DNA of 64,000 nt from an uncultured Elusimicrobia bacterium (GTDB taxonomy: Bacteria; Elusimicrobiota; Endomicrobiia; Endomicrobiales; CAIRNS01), in assembly GCA_903880015.1 (NCBI GenBank), contig CAIRNS010000029.1:5378-69377 (forward strand), read 5' to 3'. Made by a program: the position numbers and the translations under genes. How positions within the stretch are numbered: the first letter of the stretch is position 1; every line of letters begins with the position of its first letter. Positions 57,651-64,000 of this stretch are shown here, piece after piece. Under the pieces are notes generated by a model, which saw only the letters and a list, made by a program, of their open reading frames with translations, made no database searches and was not told the origin of the DNA.

Positions 57651-59867
57651 TCACGCCCGCCCTGCTACACTGTCAACCAAACCATTCACTTCATCCCGCA
57701 CAGCCGCATAGCTGTACTTACTGACACAAAGCTCACGGGCTTTCTCCCCCAAACTGCGGGAGTACTCCCGGTTACTTAAAACGGTTTCCAGCGAGCGAGC
57801 GAGTTCGCTCACATTGCCTGCCTCATAGGTCAACCCGCATTCCCGGAGTATGTCGGGGATATCGTTTACTTTTGAAGCAATGATTGGTTTTCCCATTGCC
57901 ATGGCATCGAACAATTTTGCAGGAATCTGGCCCTTCGACGACGATGTGTTCTGCTGGGGGATCACCACCACATCGGCCATCGCCAAGAAGCCCGGAATAC
58001 GGTCGAACGGCTGTTGAACGAACAGGTGGCAAGCATCGCCCAATTGTGCCTTTACGCGATCATAGAGTTCGCGTTGATTCTTATCTGAAAGATTAAATCC
58101 AACCAGCATTAACAATGCATTCGGGACAGTAATCATCTTAAAAGCAGAGACCAACTCCCTGATACCTTTGTGCTCTCGGGGCGTCCCAAGAAAGAGGATC
58201 ACTTTTTTATCGGCTTCGACGCCGTATTGCCGGCGAAAATTATTCTTATCGTATATTGCAGGATCAAATATCTGAGTATCGCGGACATGGGGGATCAACA
58301 AGCCGCCGAAAGATTTCTGAAGATAGGTGTTGGAAACAATGCGGTGTCGTATACAGCGCGCCATAAGATCGCATACCAGCAGTTTGAGAATATCCCCTAA
58401 AGAAATAATTTTATGCACAAATCCGGCATTACTAAAACGGTCAAGTTCAAAACCAATCTCCCAATCATCGATATCGATAATCAAAGGCGTCCGCCGCCGC
58501 AGAAGAGCAAGCATTGCCAGGAACATACTGGGAAGAACCGGCTTGCTTATTATGATCAGGTCGCCGTCTAACAAGCGCGATAAACGGAGTGCTGTCGAGA
58601 AGTAATACCGCGCCTTTGAACACACTGAGTAGGTGTATGAGATCCCGACCGGCACCCGTTCTATCGGAGACCAAACGCTGCCTTCAAATGCGGGACCGAT
58701 AATTTCGACCGCATTGCGCAAACGAAGTAATTGCGCCAGCATAAATGCCCTGCCCACGCAATTGTGCGAAAAATCAGGAGTAATAATTGATATATGTTTA
58801 CATTGCGATGAAAATTCCGACATATCCGAGGGAGATTTCTGAACCTGTTTTTCCGCATCCAGCAACGCGATTGTCTGGCGGAATACTTCATCAACCGAGA
58901 TACCTGAAAGACACTTTTGATCGCGGCATGAAATACCTGAAAGACGATAACAAGGCGCACAATGTAAATGGCTCAGCACTACCGCATGAGGCACCTGCCA
59001 CGGATAATTTTTCCAGTAGAGCGTCGGGCCGAATATCCCCACAACAGGCACACGCATCGCCGCCGCCAAATGCATAAGACCGGAATCGTTGGAAACAAAC
59101 AAGTCACACCGAGCTATCAGTGAAGCCGTAGCGGTAATCGTTTCGGCGACAAAAATTGCGGGGACCGTTTTCATGAACCCCGCCATTGCATCAGCAAGCG
59201 TGCGTTCTTCCGGTCCGCCAAAAATAATTATATCCGCCTGAATCCTTTCGGCCAGCATGTCAGCCACAAGCGCAAACTTCTCTATCCCCCAGCGTTTCAC
59301 TGACAAGCCCAGGTCTATGCCCGACCCCGGATGGAAACCAATCTTCTGTCTGCCGGCTGTTTTCATAATGCGGTCGCTTGCCCGGGCAGCATTTTCCGGG
59401 GAAACAGAAAGCGCCATATTCGTTCTAATATCGGTTATTCCCAACGCACGCAACAGGTCAAGATTGTATTCAACTTCATGCTTTCGTTTTGTCTCTTTCA
59501 CACGATGGGTGAATAAAAACCCCCAAAAACCTTTTTTGTATCCGACACGAGCGGGGATTCTCAATAACCACCCAAGGAATGCTATTTTGAAACTTTTATC
59601 GAGAAAAGATGTGACAAAAAGATCGTAGTCGCCCTGTTTGAGCGTGCGCAGTAACGCCGTTACATCAGCAAACGACCATGACCGTTTGTTAAAATATATA
59701 CAATGATTAATCTCCGGCAACTCTTTGAGCAATTGCTGTGCCGGCACATTTGATACCAGCACATCAATAACTGCATGCGGATAGCGCGCCCGCAATGTGC
59801 GCACCACCGGAAGATACAGCAGGACATTCCCCATGCCTGTCGTTGCAACGCACAGTATTCGTTTCAT
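57651..59867 (-). CDS. Fused GT9 + GT4 bifunctional glycosyltransferase
   Basis: N-half TGMGNVLL..P, KRWG and SNDSGLMHLAAA...VVGIFGPT (GT9); C-half DIDDWE, FLGTPREHKG and PAKLFDAMAMGKP (GT4); start MKRILC couples by ATGA to the upstream stop. Confidence 0.88.
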   Translation of the reverse strand: MKRILCVATTGMGNVLLYLPVVRTLRARYPHAVIDVLVSNVPAQQLLKELPEINHCIYFNKRSWSFADVTALLRTLKQGDYDLFVTSFLDKSFKIAFLGWLLRIPARVGYKKGFWGFLFTHRVKETKRKHEVEYNLDLLRALGITDIRTNMALSVSPENAARASDRIMKTAGRQKIGFHPGSGIDLGLSVKRWGIEKFALVADMLAERIQADIIIFGGPEERTLADAMAGFMKTVPAIFVAETITATASLIARCDLFVSNDSGLMHLAAAMRVPVVGIFGPTLYWKNYPWQVPHAVVLSHLHCAPCYRLSGISCRDQKCLSGISVDEVFRQTIALLDAEKQVQKSPSDMSEFSSQCKHISIITPDFSHNCVGRAFMLAQLLRLRNAVEIIGPAFEGSVWSPIERVPVGISYTYSVCSKARYYFSTALRLSRLLDGDLIIISKPVLPSMFLAMLALLRRRTPLIIDIDDWEIGFELDRFSNAGFVHKIISLGDILKLLVCDLMARCIRHRIVSNTYLQKSFGGLLIPHVRDTQIFDPAIYDKNNFRRQYGVEADKKVILFLGTPREHKGIRELVSAFKMITVPNALLMLVGFNLSDKNQRELYDRVKAQLGDACHLFVQQPFDRIPGFLAMADVVVIPQQNTSSSKGQIPAKLFDAMAMGKPIIASKVNDIPDILRECGLTYEAGNVSELARSLETVLSNREYSRSLGEKARELCVSKYSYAAVRDEVNGLVDSVAGRA

Positions 59868-61120
59868 TTCACTCGTAATCCCATAATCATCCAAAGCGCC
59901 CCGGCAAGGCGAAGATCCATGATAAGAAAGTTCTCCGTCATACACTCGGCACCAAACCAAATAAATGCCATTGCAACGAGCAACGCATAGGTATCGCCGG
60001 AACGCAAAAAATCTAAAGAATATCGGCAAATTGCTGATATGAAAAATCCAACAAAACAGAGAAAAGCAAGAATCCCGGCTTTTGCCCATACAAAAAGAAA
60101 GACATTGTGGGGAGGCACCTTGAGTATCGCACCCACTTTTTCGGCATGCGGCGCATACGCCCGTTCCCAACTGTTACTATCTAAACCAACGCCTTTAACC
60201 CAATGGTCACCGATAACCAACGCCGAGGCGTGCCATATCCGGCTTCTGCCGTTTACAGAGGAATCAAATGTCCGGTATTTTGCGAGACGGGGCTGAAGCC
60301 ATGGCATCAACACAACCCCCGCAATTATAAACATTACGACAATCAGGGAAGGTATGACTGACCATTTTCGTTTGACCGTAAGCAGAACCAGTCCGCAAAG
60401 CATGGTCAGCGCGCACGCAATGACACCGGTCATAGTCCCAAAGGCAATTAACGCACAAAGCCAGAGCACACCGATTAACGGGAAGATATTCGAACGCTGT
60501 TTGCTCCACAGCCAACCGACAATCAGAAGATTAAATCCGGCAAACTGCGCACCTTCCTGTGCGTTTACAAACAGCCCGCCAGCCCTTCCCGCATCAAGCA
60601 CATTGCAAAAATAGCGATCAGCAAGCATGTTGCGAAGCGTATCGGGCTCGATGAATATCTTCATGATAGGGGATCCAAGAATAGCGTACTGATGTTCTTT
60701 GAACACAAATACAACCAACACCATTATTGCCAGCGGAACCGAAGAAAACAGAAAAACGCGCGCTATGCTAACGGGCGTCAGAGCCCCCCCCCTGTACGCG
60801 AACATAACATAGATTAAAATGCCCATCCCAAGAAATAAAATATGTTTGACTGCATCGACCTTATTGCCGGAATAGAAAAACGCACCAACAATGCACATAA
60901 AGAACCCAAGGTACCACAACACCGGACGCTGATCCCGGTCAGCAGCTATTTCGCGCATTCTATTGACAACCCCACGCTCTTTAAAAAAATACAAAAACAC
61001 ACCCACTGCTACGACAATCATATAGAGCGTGACATTTTTATCTTTATAAAAAGATGGCAGATAAATCTGGTACGGTATGAGGATAGTAATCACAATCAAC
61101 AACCGGTCAAAAAGTTTCAT
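59864..61120 (-). CDS. O-antigen ligase/polymerase (Wzy_C) family membrane protein
   Basis: Multi-TM; RAGGLF.N, S...R..IW and GVG...PHN motifs. Confidence 0.88.
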   Translation of the reverse strand: MKLFDRLLIVITILIPYQIYLPSFYKDKNVTLYMIVVAVGVFLYFFKERGVVNRMREIAADRDQRPVLWYLGFFMCIVGAFFYSGNKVDAVKHILFLGMGILIYVMFAYRGGALTPVSIARVFLFSSVPLAIMVLVVFVFKEHQYAILGSPIMKIFIEPDTLRNMLADRYFCNVLDAGRAGGLFVNAQEGAQFAGFNLLIVGWLWSKQRSNIFPLIGVLWLCALIAFGTMTGVIACALTMLCGLVLLTVKRKWSVIPSLIVVMFIIAGVVLMPWLQPRLAKYRTFDSSVNGRSRIWHASALVIGDHWVKGVGLDSNSWERAYAPHAEKVGAILKVPPHNVFLFVWAKAGILAFLCFVGFFISAICRYSLDFLRSGDTYALLVAMAFIWFGAECMTENFLIMDLRLAGALWMIMGLRVK

Positions 61121-61177
61121 GCGGTTTCTCTCATCTTAATAAAAATCATTTACTACCGAGTTTACTATCATTTTTTC

Positions 61178-62341
61178 TCATACTATCTTGCCTGCCCAAA
61201 GATCGCGCAGGAATGACTGCCATGGTACAATTTTGATGGGGTTCAGCGATCGTGCAGTGCGTTCGGTGGTGACAACGAATGCCTTTTTCGGGCTGTGTTC
61301 ATCAACAAATGCCTTAAGACCCTGAATATCTGTTCCACGCACTTCTCTGCCGCTTTTGACTTCAATAGCGACATTCCCATTATCAAGGATAAAATCAACC
61401 TCTAAACCGGTTTTGGTGCGCCAGTAGTTTATGGAAAATTCCTTGCCGCAATACGACCGGTATGCACGCAGTTCCATAAGAATAAAATGTTCAAAAGCCC
61501 TGCCGAAGGATGGGTCGCGGACAGATGAAATGGTTTTCCCCATAATGGTGTTGGCAATACCGTTGTCAAAAAAATAAAATTTGGGCGTTTTGAGAATGAT
61601 CTGCCGACACCGGTGACGCGTAAATGGTTCCAAAAGCGTTCCCACCAGAGTATCGGTGAGGATATGAAAATACTCTTTTGCCGTTTTGGCATCCACCCCG
61701 CTATCGCGCGCCACATTGGCATAATTAACCATTTCTCCGTGAGTAAACGCCAGCGCATCGAAAAATCGGGCGAAAGACGGAATATTGCGTACCAAACCCT
61801 CAGCAATGACCTCTTCCTTCAGATAATCTTGCACATAGGCGTTCCGAGCCCGCTTGCTCTGTTCCGCTGTTTGCAGATAATGTGCGGGGACCAATCCCTG
61901 ATTAAGAGCCCGCAAAAGGTCTATGTCGCCCAGTTCTGTGCTGGTAAGGGGATGCAGTTCGTAGCGCCAAGCGCGCCCTCCCAAAAGATTAGCATGTCCG
62001 CGCTTGAGTTTACGGGCGCTGGAACCACATAAAATAAATGAGAGTTTATGATCTTCAATAAGACGGTGCACTTCATCAAGAACCAAGGGGACTTTTTGCA
62101 CCTCGTCGAGTATGATGGGTTTTGACAGAGATGTGCTTGAACTCGCAAGGATCATCTCCCGTAAAACAGCAGGACGCTTGGCGACTGAAAGGAAAAGATC
62201 GGTATCGAGAAAATCGAAACGCAAACTATCGGGGAATGCATAGTGAAGAAAAGTTGTTTTTCCGGTCTTGCGCGGGCCCCACAAAAAAGCCGACTGCCCG
62301 CGGGGAAGTTTAATCTTCAACACTCGTTTTATTTCGCTCAT
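61178..62341 (-). CDS. AAA_14 ATPase with DUF4143 domain
   Basis: GPRKTGKTT (Walker A), ILDEVQK (Walker B), CGSSARKL, LLGGRA, PKFYFFD.G and YWRT..G.EVDF......IEVKS. Confidence 0.93.
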   Translation of the reverse strand: MSEIKRVLKIKLPRGQSAFLWGPRKTGKTTFLHYAFPDSLRFDFLDTDLFLSVAKRPAVLREMILASSSTSLSKPIILDEVQKVPLVLDEVHRLIEDHKLSFILCGSSARKLKRGHANLLGGRAWRYELHPLTSTELGDIDLLRALNQGLVPAHYLQTAEQSKRARNAYVQDYLKEEVIAEGLVRNIPSFARFFDALAFTHGEMVNYANVARDSGVDAKTAKEYFHILTDTLVGTLLEPFTRHRCRQIILKTPKFYFFDNGIANTIMGKTISSVRDPSFGRAFEHFILMELRAYRSYCGKEFSINYWRTKTGLEVDFILDNGNVAIEVKSGREVRGTDIQGLKAFVDEHSPKKAFVVTTERTARSLNPIKIVPWQSFLRDLWAGKIV

Positions 62342-62371
62342 AAAGGATTTAAACCCCTTTTAGGATTGCCT

Positions 62372-62406
62372 AAATGGAGTATACTCCATTTTAGTTAATT
62401 TGTCAA
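62372..62406 (-). promoter_or_regulatory. Promoter with perfect 20-bp palindrome centred on the -10 box
   Basis: TTGACA-17 nt-TATACT; AAATGGAGTATACTCCATTT (62372-62391) is a perfect inverted repeat. Confidence 0.8.
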
Positions 62407-62482
62407 GGGCACTATTGGGAACAATGCCAACCTGCCCACTAATTGAAAATCATCCCTGCAACAGCAAAAGGCGAGATATAAA

Positions 62483-64000
62483 TTAAACAACTGCATTTCG
62501 ATGGTTAAATCTTGCTTTTACCAGTACGACAAACGCGGAGATTTCCTTATTGCGCGTAAGCAAACCGATTACCACATACAACAATAACATGGTAGTGGAG
62601 CCAACTGCCAAACGCAGAATCAAACCGTATATCCCCGCATAATAGGGTATATACGAAAACACAAAAAATCCGCCGAGGGCTGAACAAAAAGCCATTAAAC
62701 ACAATCCTGCCATGTATCCCAGCTGACGCAGAGGTTGAAACTCTACCAAAAATGTTTTTAGGTACAGCAACAGGAAAATGAATATCAATAATTCCGAAAC
62801 AGAACGGGCCAAAGTTATGCCGCCAATCGCCCAGCGGTCCCGCAAAATAAGACCCAAGCCCAGATTTACCACAAGCGCAGCTGCGTAGGCAATCAGCAAA
62901 AAAGAAATCTTCTGGGTGCTGTAGTATGCCCGCAAAATAACATAATTAATTGCATAAAATGCCGCGCCGATACTGGCAAAACGCAGCGCATATGCGGTAA
63001 GCGCAGTTGACCCCGTATCAAATTTTCCCCGCTCAAAAAGTATTTGGATGACCGGCACATTAAACACAAACAATATCACGCACAACGGGATAGCAAGAAA
63101 TGCGGTTAATCTGAGAGCAAATATGAGTATATCGGTGAATTTCCTTCGTTCGTCAATACCTGCAAGATTGCTCATGAAAGGAAATACGGCAGTGGCAAGC
63201 GGTACGCCGCAGAATAACCACGGCGTTTCTCTGAGACGGTTGGAAAAATTAAGAGCTGACACGCTACCGGTGTCCAATCCCGCAGCAAGCTCACGGCTAA
63301 CCAAATCATTTCCAACAGCAAAGAGGGAAGCAATAAACAACGGAACCATCGCAATCAGCAAAGATTTTGTTTCAGGCAGGAATCGTAAAGAAAATCTATT
63401 CTTAATTGAAAACTTATTAACGGAAGAAAATAATACTGCCCACTGCAGGAATGCCCCCAGCAAAAGTCCCACTGCAATACTGTTTACACCCCATATCTTC
63501 GCCAAAACCAAGACGCCCGCGATAACGCCGATATTAAGCAGTATTTGCGCCGCCGCCGGGGCTACGAACTGTTCATGAACATTGAGCAAACTGCCATAAA
63601 ACGAAGCAATGCCCATAAAAAACATGGCAGGGAAAATTATGCGTGTGACCATGGATGCTGACAGAAATGTTTCGGAAGAAAGCTCCGGAGCCACAAAACG
63701 CACAACGATTCCCGGAAAACACATACCTGCGATGACCGCAATGACTAAAACCAACATGAGCAAAGAGGAAATATTAGACAATAAACGATCGGATTCTTCT
63801 TTAGATTTATTCTTAAGCGACTGAGCGTAGGCAGGAATAAAAACAGCTGTAAGCACGCCACCAGCAATGATTTCGCGGATGAAGTCCGGCCCGGACAAAC
63901 CGACAAAATAGGCGTCGGTACTCGCCGTGGTCCCGAACTGCGCCGCAATAATCATTTCCCGCACAAAACCAAGCACTTTGCCGACAACGGAGAAAAGAAA
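62483..64000 (-). CDS. murJ: MurJ/MviN family flippase (start lies beyond the window)
   Basis: KVLGFVRE..IA..FG....DAY, VFIP, TAVFP.MS and LFERGKF; frame open to the window edge. Confidence 0.93.
   Translation of the reverse strand, partial: FLFSVVGKVLGFVREMIIAAQFGTTASTDAYFVGLSGPDFIREIIAGGVLTAVFIPAYAQSLKNKSKEESDRLLSNISSLLMLVLVIAVIAGMCFPGIVVRFVAPELSSETFLSASMVTRIIFPAMFFMGIASFYGSLLNVHEQFVAPAAAQILLNIGVIAGVLVLAKIWGVNSIAVGLLLGAFLQWAVLFSSVNKFSIKNRFSLRFLPETKSLLIAMVPLFIASLFAVGNDLVSRELAAGLDTGSVSALNFSNRLRETPWLFCGVPLATAVFPFMSNLAGIDERRKFTDILIFALRLTAFLAIPLCVILFVFNVPVIQILFERGKFDTGSTALTAYALRFASIGAAFYAINYVILRAYYSTQKISFLLIAYAAALVVNLGLGLILRDRWAIGGITLARSVSELLIFIFLLLYLKTFLVEFQPLRQLGYMAGLCLMAFCSALGGFFVFSYIPYYAGIYGLILRLAVGSTTMLLLYVVIGLLTRNKEISAFVVLVKARFNHRNAVV

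Noticed and set aside
59868-60170. N-terminal 100-aa extension of the 839-aa glycosyltransferase ORF
   Set aside because: It overlaps the Wzy_C gene in another frame; the GT9 domain starts at MKRILC (59867) with ATGA coupling.

Overview
64-kb chromosomal window from a diderm (LPS-exporting) bacterium of moderate GC. The overall gene style suggests an Elusimicrobiota-like lineage, which is an unverified inference. Almost all genes are on the minus strand. From left to right it contains: rarA (partial), a 6S RNA, zapA and a zapB-like gene; an FAD oxidoreductase and a LysM/M23 peptidase; thrS-infC-rpmI-rplT-pheS-pheT, with an L20-leader-like attenuator and an apparent GTA start for infC; tRNA-Cys and tRNA-Val; an AT-rich islet with two paralogous stand-alone receiver proteins; a cupin/GH94 phosphorylase/phosphohexomutase operon; dCMP deaminase; an operon with glgP, a HAD phosphatase, TIGR03546/TIGR03545 and LPP20-like and FlgT-like lipoproteins; gap-pgk-secG and two tRNAs; comF (apparent ATT start); ahcY-metK; and a ~18-kb surface-glycan cluster ending in murJ (partial). 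The most striking feature spans 31.1-43.0 kb. It holds a 1791-aa SprA/Sov-like giant beta-barrel, divergent lptFG, an M6 metalloprotease with a T9SS-type/FlgD-Ig C-terminal sorting-like domain, a PorV/FadL/TraF-like barrel and a TPR-like lipoprotein. This looks like a compact type IX-like secretion locus in a genome that does not look like Bacteroidota, with no PorK/L/M/N motor genes in the window. Several families of REP-like palindromic repeats, multiple apparently leaderless promoters and a perfect 20-bp operator-like palindrome over the -10 box of an AAA+/DUF4143 gene are also visible. All family assignments come from motif recognition by eye; no database searches were run.
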